Source: an uncultured bacterium
GTDB taxonomy: Bacteria > Babelota > Babeliae > Babelales > Vermiphilaceae
Direction of reading: 5' to 3'
Length of the DNA: 64,000 nucleotides
Assembly (NCBI GenBank): GCA_963738145.1
Contig: CAVTVH010000001.1
Coordinates: 569,011 to 633,010, forward strand
The first letter of the stretch is position 1. The number at the start of each line of letters is the position of its first letter. Below the pieces are notes generated by a model. The model did not search any database, was not told where the DNA came from, and saw only the letters and a list, made by a program, of their open reading frames with translations. Below are positions 48,342 to 56,749 of the stretch, piece after piece. The position numbers and the translations under genes were made by a program.

Positions 48342-48782
48342 ATGAACGGTGCATCAACCACATCTATGACAAAAAATGGATTACGGCCACGTAGTTATGC
48401 AGCATGGAAATTATTGAAATACACCTACGGCATTGTGCCAATTGTGGCGGGGTTGGATAAATTCTTTAATATTTTGACCAACTGGTCCGCGTATGCAAAT
48501 CCAGCAATCGCAAAAGCTGTATCATTAGAACCGGCAACATTTATGTATATTGTTGGCGTCATAGAAATTATTGCAGGTATTTTAGTGCTCAGTAAGGCAA
48601 CAAAGTTTGGTGCCTACTTGGTTGCTCTATGGCTTTTGATTATCGCGGGTGACTTAGTTTCTATGGGTGTCTATTACGATGTAGCGGTACGTGATGCCGT
48701 TATGGCAATTGGTGCGATTGCGCTTGGACTATTATCCCATGATGTTGGTTGTTACGATGATAATTGTGGTTATACGCGATAA
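48342..48782 (+). CDS. small membrane protein (DoxX-like, tentative)
   Basis: 146 aa with four hydrophobic helices. The pattern YGIVPIVAGLDKFF...IVGVIEIIAGILVL is reminiscent of the DoxX family. Confidence 0.4.
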   Translation: MNGASTTSMTKNGLRPRSYAAWKLLKYTYGIVPIVAGLDKFFNILTNWSAYANPAIAKAVSLEPATFMYIVGVIEIIAGILVLSKATKFGAYLVALWLLIIAGDLVSMGVYYDVAVRDAVMAIGAIALGLLSHDVGCYDDNCGYTR

Positions 48783-48797
48783 ATCAAGGAACTCTTC

Positions 48798-48959
48798 ATG
48801 CGCTGGGATAATCGTACATTTATAAGTTGGGCAGTTATAGTAGGAGCTTTACTTGCATTGTTTGTAGCCTATTATTTCATGATACGTACATCTGGCACCT
48901 ATAATCGAGTTGGATATCCCAAATTACCAGTTGCTGGCGCCGTACGGGGCGGTAGATAA
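48798..48959 (+). CDS. possible 53-aa single-TM protein
   Basis: ATG 7 nt after AAGGA. Encodes MRWDNRTFISWAVIVGALLALFVAYYFMI... It is below the ORF-track length cut-off. Confidence 0.3.
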   Translation: MRWDNRTFISWAVIVGALLALFVAYYFMIRTSGTYNRVGYPKLPVAGAVRGGR

Positions 48960-48964
48960 GCTGG

Positions 48965-49279
48965 TTATTTTTTTATAATGTGAGCAACACTAGCTGTATG
49001 CATAAGTTTTGCTAACGTACGAATGGTAGGATTTTTACCCTTAAGACTATGGTAAGGCACTTCTTGAGATATCTTGGTGCGAGCTGGTTTTTTAACAGTA
49101 GTAAGTGCTTCTAGATATATATCAATGACTTCCATGGCTCCTTCGGGATCATTGCTCAGCAGACATTCTACGATGGCTTTACCAATAAAATTAGTATTCA
49201 AAATAGTTTTGTGTGGGTTCCAAACAGTTACATCTGCTGTTGGCTTAAGATGGAGTGATGATGTTTTTAGATGCTTCAT
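48965..49279 (-). CDS. HTH antitoxin-like protein (addiction-module antidote, COG3636/HigA-like pattern), orphan
   Basis: IGKAIVECLLSNDPEGAMEVIDIYLEA and ISQEVPYHSLKGKNPTIRTLAKLM match the pattern ..AYLNAA.E.GDP......L.DIA.A / GLSRE.LYKALS..GNP.F.T..KV. as I recall it. No toxin gene is adjacent. Confidence 0.45.
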   Translation of the reverse strand: MKHLKTSSLHLKPTADVTVWNPHKTILNTNFIGKAIVECLLSNDPEGAMEVIDIYLEALTTVKKPARTKISQEVPYHSLKGKNPTIRTLAKLMHTASVAHIIKK

Positions 49280-49350
49280 AATGAAGAGTTTCTGATGCTT
49301 TCTGTAAAAAATCAAGGAATTAAAGATGTGTGTGGCTATACGCGATAACC

Positions 49351-49644
49351 CTACTTTTTCTTAGTTACTTTGCGACGCGTTGTTTTCTTCTTAGGAGCAG
49401 CGCGTTTTACTGTTGTCCGTTTAGGTGCCTTTTTTGTCGTGATTCGTTTGGCAGGTGCTCTACGCGATTTCTTGGGCGCAGGAACCTTAGCACCTTCTTC
49501 ACGAGCTTCAGAAAGGCCAATAGCGATTGCTTGTTTGCGTGATGTTACCTTTTTACCACTCTTGCCACTTTCGAGTTCGCCTTTTTTGTATTTGCGTACA
49601 GCTTTTTTTACCATCTCGCCTGATTTTTTACCATACTTTGCCAT
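49351..49644 (-). CDS. small highly basic protein with histone H1-like Lys/Ala/Pro tail
   Basis: The N-terminal KQAIAIGLSEAREEGAKVP motif is a conserved small-protein family (DUF name uncertain). The C-terminal tail is PAPKKSRRAPAKRITTKKAPKRTTVKRAAPKKKTTRRKVTKKK. Confidence 0.5.
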   Translation of the reverse strand: MAKYGKKSGEMVKKAVRKYKKGELESGKSGKKVTSRKQAIAIGLSEAREEGAKVPAPKKSRRAPAKRITTKKAPKRTTVKRAAPKKKTTRRKVTKKK

Positions 49645-49823
49645 GGGATTTCCTTCTTTTTGGATTGTTAAAATAGAGATTTTATACAAGGATGGCGGAA
49701 CTCCAGGGACAAAAGCAAGAGTACACGAATTTTGAGGGACTCTTTTTTAAACAGTGTTCTTTTATGGTAGGCTGGTGAGAACTTAAAAATTGTGTGCATT
49801 TTCCTAATTCCAAGGAACCCCTC

Positions 49824-52262
49824 ATGGCATATGATGTCAAAAGCGTAGAACAAAAATGGCAGCAGCGGTGGCAAGAAAATAATCCTCTTGCAGCAACCAG
49901 ACCCTCAGGCAGTGGTAAAAAATTTTATTGTCTTGATATGTTCCCCTACCCTTCAGGTTCTGGGCTCCATGTTGGCCACTGGCGAGGCTATGTGCTTTCC
50001 GATATTTATGCACGTATGAAGTGGCTGCAAGGCTACAATGTGTTGCATCCTATGGGGTGGGATGCTTTTGGGCTACCGGCAGAAAACGATGCTATAAAAA
50101 AGGGCATTCAGCCAGCAGAAGGCACGGCACGTAATATTGCAACATTCAAAAAACAGTTACAACAATTGGCTGCTATCTACGATTGGGATAAAGAAGTTAA
50201 TACGACCGATCCTGATTATTATAAATGGACGCAATGGATCTTCTTGCAAATGTATAAAGCGGGCCTTGCTTATCAATCCGATATGCCTATCAACTGGTGC
50301 CCATCGTGTTTAACCGGTCTTGCCAATGAAGAAGTAGTCCAAGGTAAATGTGATCGTTGTGGTACCGTGGTAGAAGAAAAAAAGGTTCGCCAATGGGTGC
50401 TTAAAATAACTGCCTATGCACAAAAACTATTAGATGGCCTTGATACACTTGATTGGTCAGAAAAAGTAAAATTGATGCAGCGCAACTGGATTGGCAAAAG
50501 CGAAGGCATAGAGATTCTTTTTAAAGTAAATGATTTGGAAGGATCTACTGTTCATCTACCAGTTTACACCACACGTCCGGACACTATTTTTGGTACTACC
50601 TTTATTGTAGTTGCACCTACGCATCCTATTGTAGATCGTATTACAGCATCAGAAGAAAAAGAAGAGGTAGCAAATTATCGTGACTTGGTAAAAAGCACCC
50701 TCGCCTTTGGTAATGATGCCGACGATACTAAAGAAAAAACGGGGGTATTTACGGGCGCGTATGCAGAAAATCCTGCAAATAAAGAGTTAGTTCCTGTCTA
50801 TGTAGCTGATTACGTGCTCATGGAATATGGCACAGGCGCTGTTATGGGTGTTCCCGGCCATGACGAACGGGACCGCGATTTTGCAGAAAATTTTGATCTC
50901 CCCATTAAATATGTGATCAACCCTGCTCATGGTGTTTCCATGTATGAGGATGACGGCAAAGGGCCCTTGATGCATAGCGGCCCCTTTGATGGCCTTGATG
51001 CGCAAACAACCGGCAAGCAAAAAGTTATGGATTATCTTGAGCAACAAGGAGTTGGTAAACGTAAAGTACAGTACAAGTTGCGAGATTGGATATTTTCTCG
51101 TCAGCGTTATTGGGGCGAACCAATTCCCTTGATACATTGTCCTACATGTGGTGTGGTGCCAGTTCCTGAAGATCAATTACCAGTACTACTGCCTGAAGTA
51201 AAACAGTATCAACCAACAGGTACGGGAGAATCGCCACTTGCAGCTATTGAATCATGGGTAAATACTCCATGCCCACATTGTGGCGGTAAGGCAAAGCGAG
51301 AAACAAATACAATGCCGCAATGGGCTGGTTCATGCTGGTACTTCTTGCGTTATCCTAATCCCCATTTGAAAGACAAGCCGTGGGATGCTAAAGATATGCT
51401 CTACTGGATGCCCGTAGATCTCTATATCGGTGGCATTGAACATGCAATTTTGCATTTATTGTATGCGCGCTTTTACGTAAAAGTGCTCCATGATTTGGGC
51501 CATCTGCCCTTTGATGAACCGTTTAAGAACTTATTTAATCAAGGCATGGTGCTTAAGCTTTCAGCAACGACTGGCCTTGTAGAAAAGATGTCAAAATCAA
51601 AAGGCAACGTAGTTAATCCCGATGATATTGTTGCCACCTACGGATCTGATGTACTGCGCATGTATATGATGTTCATGGGGCCGCCAGAACTTGATTGTGA
51701 ATGGCAAGATGCAAGCCTCGATGGTATTAAGCGCTTTTTGGTGAAGTTGATCGCCTATCTGACTGATCCGGCACATATAATTCCTCAAGGACAATCAGAG
51801 GATATGGCCGTTACAAAACGCCTGCATAAGTTCCTCCGTGATTACCAAGATCGTATCGCCCACTTTAAACCAAACACAGCTATATCAGCTGCCATGGAAT
51901 GGTTGAACGATACTACAGCGCAATCAATGAAGTTAAGTAAGGATTCTGTAGAGAAAATATTAGTATCACTCTCGGTGATGGCGCCACATATGGCATGTGA
52001 ATTGCTTGAACAACTCCTTGGCAAGCAACTTGCCGATTGCACGTGGCCTGCCTATGATCCGGTATTGTTAACTGAAAATACGGTTAATATGGTGGTGCAA
52101 GTAAATGGCAAAGTGCGCGCTAATATACAAGTCCCTCGTGGTGCCAAGCAGGTGGAAGTGCAAGAGCAGGCAGAACAAGCTGTTGCCAAATGGCTTGCAA
52201 CTACCACAGAAGTGAAAGTGGTTTTTGTCCCTGACCGATTGATTAATTTTGTGGTCAACTAG
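49824..52262 (+). CDS. leuS: leucine--tRNA ligase
   Basis: [12 protein letters not shown] (HIGH), the CP1 editing domain, zinc-binding CPSC..CDRCG and KMSKSKGN. Confidence 0.93.
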   Translation: MAYDVKSVEQKWQQRWQENNPLAATRPSGSGKKFYCLDMFPYPSGSGLHVGHWRGYVLSDIYARMKWLQGYNVLHPMGWDAFGLPAENDAIKKGIQPAEGTARNIATFKKQLQQLAAIYDWDKEVNTTDPDYYKWTQWIFLQMYKAGLAYQSDMPINWCPSCLTGLANEEVVQGKCDRCGTVVEEKKVRQWVLKITAYAQKLLDGLDTLDWSEKVKLMQRNWIGKSEGIEILFKVNDLEGSTVHLPVYTTRPDTIFGTTFIVVAPTHPIVDRITASEEKEEVANYRDLVKSTLAFGNDADDTKEKTGVFTGAYAENPANKELVPVYVADYVLMEYGTGAVMGVPGHDERDRDFAENFDLPIKYVINPAHGVSMYEDDGKGPLMHSGPFDGLDAQTTGKQKVMDYLEQQGVGKRKVQYKLRDWIFSRQRYWGEPIPLIHCPTCGVVPVPEDQLPVLLPEVKQYQPTGTGESPLAAIESWVNTPCPHCGGKAKRETNTMPQWAGSCWYFLRYPNPHLKDKPWDAKDMLYWMPVDLYIGGIEHAILHLLYARFYVKVLHDLGHLPFDEPFKNLFNQGMVLKLSATTGLVEKMSKSKGNVVNPDDIVATYGSDVLRMYMMFMGPPELDCEWQDASLDGIKRFLVKLIAYLTDPAHIIPQGQSEDMAVTKRLHKFLRDYQDRIAHFKPNTAISAAMEWLNDTTAQSMKLSKDSVEKILVSLSVMAPHMACELLEQLLGKQLADCTWPAYDPVLLTENTVNMVVQVNGKVRANIQVPRGAKQVEVQEQAEQAVAKWLATTTEVKVVFVPDRLINFVVN

Positions 52263-52342
52263 CGGTGCTTGGTGTAGAATGATGAGCGTTTTCTTAGGTG
52301 ATAGTATCTGTTGACGAATCATTTGCATAAAAAAGGATCATC

Positions 52343-52696
52343 ATGAAAAAGTTAATAGCGTTATCACTGTTAGTATCAACTGTTGCATCTGCAGAAATTA
52401 ATCTTGATGTGCACGTAGTTATTGCAGATCAAGAACTCAAAAAAAGATGTGTATTTAATGAAGAGACACAAGTGTATTTTGCTGAGCAAGATGCACTGAG
52501 GGTAGAAGCAACTGCAGTGTGCGAGCAAGATGAAGTAGTAACGAATTTCAAGGTGTTTGTAAAAAACGAACAAGGCGAGCAGTTACTTGTCATGGAGCCT
52601 GTACTGAGAGCAGAATTTGACCACGAAGCATGCATAGTTATAGGCAATGAAGCAGGAGATATGGTTGCTTCAGTCGCGGTAACTGCAACAAAATAG
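52343..52696 (+). CDS. hypothetical small secreted protein
   Basis: Signal peptide MKKLIALSLLVSTVASA followed by an acidic mature part. Confidence 0.35.
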   Translation: MKKLIALSLLVSTVASAEINLDVHVVIADQELKKRCVFNEETQVYFAEQDALRVEATAVCEQDEVVTNFKVFVKNEQGEQLLVMEPVLRAEFDHEACIVIGNEAGDMVASVAVTATK

Positions 52697-52738
52697 TCTT
52701 TTCCTCTTAGATGAACATCACTTAAGAAAAATAGAGAT

Positions 52739-52761
52739 GGGAGCCTCGAGGCTCCCATTTT
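52739..52761. terminator. hairpin terminator between convergent genes
   Basis: GGGAGCC-TCGA-GGCTCCC followed by ATTTT. Confidence 0.6.
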
Positions 52762-52795
52762 GATGGTGCGCCCAGCTAAGCTTGCTAGAGCTAAT

Positions 52796-54043
52796 TTATC
52801 CCTTCCAACCCTCTTGCCTTAATTCGCTCTCAGCAGCTTGTATCAATCTAAGTGATGCGGCCTGCTTTCTGTCTAACATCTGCCGTTCCTCGAGATCAAA
52901 CACAAATCCTTCCGATCGCCGTATTATTTTAACGAGATCTTTTTTGTTTAATTCGGCAGCAAATAACAACGGGGAGGGTCTTATCGTTACATAGCCACCA
53001 TGACGTAATAATGTATCAATAACATCACCGAGGTCGTTGTTTATCGCCTTATATATAGGATATCTTTCTTCCCCAGAACTTTCTTTCTCATCTGGAACTC
53101 TCGTGAAGGAAGGGTAGGCCATTTTTGCTACCTGAGGGTGTTGATTAATGGTTTGGATGGCCGCTGTGCTATCTTTTCTCCTTATGGCATCATCAAGAAG
53201 TTCCGCTTGAATTTCAAGAGGAGTTAATGGAGTTGGTGGAGCTGGTTTTTTTGCTTCCCTTGCTTCTCGTATTTTGGCGAGCATTTCAAGAGCATATGAG
53301 TCACCAGCCAACATTGTATGTAACATTGTATCTAAACGAGTATTTTCAAGATAAGCGTTATGCTCAATGAGCAGATCGACACTTTTTTGATCATGATGTT
53401 TTAATGCGTTAAGAAGTGATGTGCTATCTGCGGAAGCTTTATCGCTTAATAATAGCTGCATAAATTTAAAAGCCCTTTTTCGATCGGGTAAATTGCTGGC
53501 GATTATGAGCAGCGTTTCCTGGTTAGGACCGAAGTGTTCAAATTTAATTTGAGGTGTTTCTCTGATGAGAGTTGATAGCTGTTCATGATCGCCACTTCTT
53601 ATGGCTTCTCGTGCCGCAGTAAGATTTTTTTGTAAGTGTTCAAGTCTAGCTTTTGTTAAATTAATTTTTTCATTAATAAGAGCTGCTTCTTCTGGCGTTG
53701 CTGGTTCTGCGCCAGCATTAAAGAGCTCAAGAACGAGAGACCAAAGTCCGCCGGCTTGAGCATCCTGTATTCTTCTAGACAACTTTTTAGTTAACTTTGT
53801 TGCCTTGTCTGGATCCAACATATTGACGATTTTATTGATGTCTAAGATTGCGCGAGCTTCGTTAATTATCTCCGGTGTCACGCGTGCTCCATTGGCAATT
53901 GCTTGGTAGATCTTTTTTAATGAGCCCTCACGTACAGCCGTTCTTAGTTCGCCTGGTGCATTGCTCAAGACTCCTATCGCTCCATGGAGCATGTTCACCC
54001 AAAGCGAGCAGCTTGCAAAGAAGATAAGAAAATAAGCATTCAT
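52796..54043 (-). CDS. exported ankyrin-repeat-like protein
   Basis: Signal peptide, then several ~33-aa units with an ANK-like pattern (LLNALKHHDQKSVDLLIEHNAYLE, PIYKAINNDLGDVIDTLLRHGGYV, LLFAAELNKKDLVKII). Confidence 0.5.
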   Translation of the reverse strand: MNAYFLIFFASCSLWVNMLHGAIGVLSNAPGELRTAVREGSLKKIYQAIANGARVTPEIINEARAILDINKIVNMLDPDKATKLTKKLSRRIQDAQAGGLWSLVLELFNAGAEPATPEEAALINEKINLTKARLEHLQKNLTAAREAIRSGDHEQLSTLIRETPQIKFEHFGPNQETLLIIASNLPDRKRAFKFMQLLLSDKASADSTSLLNALKHHDQKSVDLLIEHNAYLENTRLDTMLHTMLAGDSYALEMLAKIREAREAKKPAPPTPLTPLEIQAELLDDAIRRKDSTAAIQTINQHPQVAKMAYPSFTRVPDEKESSGEERYPIYKAINNDLGDVIDTLLRHGGYVTIRPSPLLFAAELNKKDLVKIIRRSEGFVFDLEERQMLDRKQAASLRLIQAAESELRQEGWKG

Positions 54044-54212
54044 ATACTATCCTTTTATTCGTATTGTTTCTGTTTTTAGCATGATAGCAGATACGAAATA
54101 GCAACCACAAGATTGAGGCTTCTTTTTTCCTTTTTTCTTGTTATGCATGTAATCTTTGTATTAGTATTCCAGGCGATAGTTAAGGTGCGTTTCAGATTAA
54201 GGTATGTAGAAT

Positions 54213-54449
54213 ATGGAATCAAAAAAAGGAATTAAATTTCTTGTTAATGAAAAAGGCAATAAAACTGGCGTATTAATACGCGTTAACGTATTTGAAAAAC
54301 TTCTTGATGAGCTAGAAAATATCAAGGATATTGCCCTTGTATATGAAGTTACTAGTAAAAAAATGAAGACGGTACCCTATGAGCAGGTCAAAAAAGAGAT
54401 GTTTGGTGAAGGCAAGAAGAAATATATAGGAACTACTAGATTATGGTGA
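54213..54449 (+). CDS. small antitoxin-like protein (tentative)
   Basis: FLVNEKGNKTGVLIRVNVFEKLLDELENIKDI matches the common antitoxin N-terminal pattern (..D.kGk..aVvlp...ye.l.e.leD.). No toxin gene was detected. Confidence 0.35.
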   Translation: MESKKGIKFLVNEKGNKTGVLIRVNVFEKLLDELENIKDIALVYEVTSKKMKTVPYEQVKKEMFGEGKKKYIGTTRLW

Positions 54450-54619
54450 TCAAAAAAAAATATCCTAAAATCGAGCCTTTCATATGTTAAGGACAAACAT
54501 GGCAAGGTAGTAGAGGTGTATTTACCTTACAAAATATACGAATCTATTTTTGAAGAAATGAATGATTTAAAAAAAAGAATAGCTCTGTTAAAGAAAAAAA
54601 TCCCAAAAAACGAGCGTCC

Positions 54620-54928
54620 CTAAAACACCTTCTCATAAATAAATGTACACACCTCATAGCCAATCGCTACCACCGATATAGTCAGCAAGATATACAACAG
54701 TATGCAGCGGGGTGAATAAGGGTTGGTAAGACAATTAGGAAAGCGCCATGTCCGTGCATTGCTCACAAAGTAAGGCGTAAAAATATACATACCCGCGACA
54801 ATAAAAAAAACGCCAATCGTATTTTGTGTTGCTGTTGATAAACGTTCTGAAAGCATCACCACTGCACCACCCGCTATAATGATTAACCAAGCACCAATTT
54901 CTAACACATTATTTTTTAGCCAGTTCAT
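54620..54928 (-). CDS. small membrane protein
   Basis: Start at MNWLKNNVLEIGAWLIIIAGGAVV. Three hydrophobic helices. 4-nt overlap with the upstream ORF. Confidence 0.35.
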   Translation of the reverse strand: MNWLKNNVLEIGAWLIIIAGGAVVMLSERLSTATQNTIGVFFIVAGMYIFTPYFVSNARTWRFPNCLTNPYSPRCILLYILLTISVVAIGYEVCTFIYEKVF

Positions 54929-55194
54929 GCAAAGTTCCTCATAAATAGCCAGATAATAAATACGATAAGATAAAATAGAAGAATCACATTCCCAGCTTTT
55001 GCTCTTTGTGCGCATGCAGGGCATTGCCAATCTGTTTTCAACCATTCAAGCCATACCCATCTCATGGGATGATTATGTTTTGGATACAATTCCGGATGTT
55101 TCTTTAATCGCCACTTGCTATAGAAAATCAATCCCGCAAACAATGCAATAAAAAATGTAAGCCAAGCCAGTAACTCGATAGTCTCTCGGGTCAT
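54925..55194 (-). CDS. small membrane protein
   Basis: Start at MTRETIELLAWLTFFIALFAGLIFY. Two hydrophobic helices and a CPAC pair. Confidence 0.35.
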   Translation of the reverse strand: MTRETIELLAWLTFFIALFAGLIFYSKWRLKKHPELYPKHNHPMRWVWLEWLKTDWQCPACAQRAKAGNVILLFYLIVFIIWLFMRNFA

Positions 55195-55280
55195 GAGTGT
55201 CCTTTTAAGATGGAAACAATTCTTGTTTATCACCTTAGTAGTTTTGTAAGGTGGAAGGCAAGAGATCAAGAGGAGTAGTT

Positions 55281-55880
55281 ATGCCAAAAAAAGATTCTTT
55301 AAAAATTTATCGCACGCGGCGGGACCTGACCCGTTCACCAGAGCCCTACGGCACAACCAAAAAGAAAAAAGCTGACAAGCTCATTTTTGTAATCCAAAAA
55401 CATGCGGCAAGCCATTTACATTACGATTTCCGCATCGAATATGATGGTGTTCTCAAATCATGGGCGGTACCAAAAGGGCCTTCCATGAATCCTGCTATCA
55501 AACGTTTGGCGATGCCAACTGATGACCATCCCATGGAGTATGCAGATTTTGAAGGGATTATCCCTCAAGGTTCCTATGGTGGCGGTACCGTGATGGTATG
55601 GGATACAGGTACCTACAACAATATAAAAAAGCATAATGGTAAGTTGGTGCCCATGAAGGATTGCATAAAAAAAGGAACGATAGAAATTTTTCTTGAAGGT
55701 GAAAAACTACAAGGTGGTTTTGCTTTAATACGGACAGCGCGTGGCTGGCTTCTTATAAAAATACGTGATGACTATGCAAGCGCACGCAAAAACCCCGTCA
55801 ACACCCAACAAAAATCTGCACTGACGGGACGCACTATGGCGCAGATACGTAAAGATATGAAGGGTGCATATGAAAAATAA
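55281..55880 (+). CDS. stand-alone LigD 3'-phosphoesterase (PE) domain protein
   Basis: FVIQKHAASHLHYDFRIE, LKSWAVPKGPS, DHPMEYADFEG.IP and GTVMVWD.G.Y. Confidence 0.8.
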   Translation: MPKKDSLKIYRTRRDLTRSPEPYGTTKKKKADKLIFVIQKHAASHLHYDFRIEYDGVLKSWAVPKGPSMNPAIKRLAMPTDDHPMEYADFEGIIPQGSYGGGTVMVWDTGTYNNIKKHNGKLVPMKDCIKKGTIEIFLEGEKLQGGFALIRTARGWLLIKIRDDYASARKNPVNTQQKSALTGRTMAQIRKDMKGAYEK

Positions 55881-56739
55881 AAAATCTGAGATACCGCCTC
55901 TTGAAATAAGCAATGTAGATAAAATATTGTTTCCTAAAACTGGTATCACTAAAGGTGACCTTTTAAATTATTATGCCAGTATCGCACCTATCATTATTCC
56001 TTATATGGAAGATCGACTGATTTCTATGCAACGTTATCCTAATGGCATTGAACACGAAGGCTTTTTCCAAAAAAATGCAGGGAGCTACTTCCCATCATGG
56101 ATAAAAACAAAAAAAGTGAAGCGTCAGGATGAAGGTAGTGTTGAGTACGTAGTATGCAATAACGCTCAGACGTTAGTATATCTTGCCAATCAACTTTGCA
56201 TTACACCACATCTATGGCTGAGCCGAGTAGATAAGCTGCAGTACCCCGATCGTATGATTTTTGATTTAGATCCATCTGGGACTGATTTTTCTTTGGTGCT
56301 GTCTGCTGCAAAAGAGTTAAAACGCATATTAGAAGATCGCGGGTTAGTGCCCTTTGTTATGACAACGGGTTCCAGGGGATTGCACATTGTAGTGCCGTTG
56401 AAACGTACTAAAAAATTTGATTATGTACGCGCCTATGCCCGTGATATTGCGCATACCATGGCGCAGGAATATCCAGCCGATTTTACGATTGAACTCCGCA
56501 AAAATAAACGTAAAAAAAGAGTATTTATTGATTATCTGCGCAATGGCTTTGGTGCTACTGCTGTATCCCCTTATGCAGTGCGTGCGATTGAAGGCGCTCC
56601 AGTTGCTACCCCACTGGAATGGAAAGAAGTAAAAAAAGGTCTTTCGCCACAGGCATGGACCATCAAAACCATATTTAAGCGGTTGGCTCGGCGTAAAGAT
56701 CCGTGGCATGGCATTGATAAGCAAGCATGTAAGATTTGA
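55870..56739 (+). CDS. stand-alone LigD polymerase/primase (PrimPol-type) domain protein
   Basis: ISNVDKILFP..GITKGDLLNYY, FFQKN, MIFDLDP, TTGSRGLHIVVPL and IDYLRNGFGATAVSPYAVRA. Overlaps the PE gene stop. Confidence 0.8.
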   Translation: MKNKKSEIPPLEISNVDKILFPKTGITKGDLLNYYASIAPIIIPYMEDRLISMQRYPNGIEHEGFFQKNAGSYFPSWIKTKKVKRQDEGSVEYVVCNNAQTLVYLANQLCITPHLWLSRVDKLQYPDRMIFDLDPSGTDFSLVLSAAKELKRILEDRGLVPFVMTTGSRGLHIVVPLKRTKKFDYVRAYARDIAHTMAQEYPADFTIELRKNKRKKRVFIDYLRNGFGATAVSPYAVRAIEGAPVATPLEWKEVKKGLSPQAWTIKTIFKRLARRKDPWHGIDKQACKI

Positions 56740-56749
56740 AAGGAAAAAT

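Noticed and set aside
54447-54449. An alternative genetic code with TGA as a sense codon, to explain the open frame after the 54213 ORF and the split genes.
   Set aside because: Conserved genes such as priA end at TGA at the expected length. The split housekeeping genes (rho, alaS, polA, uvrB) resume in a different frame, so they are frameshifts rather than in-frame TGAs. Long conserved ORFs contain no in-frame TGA.
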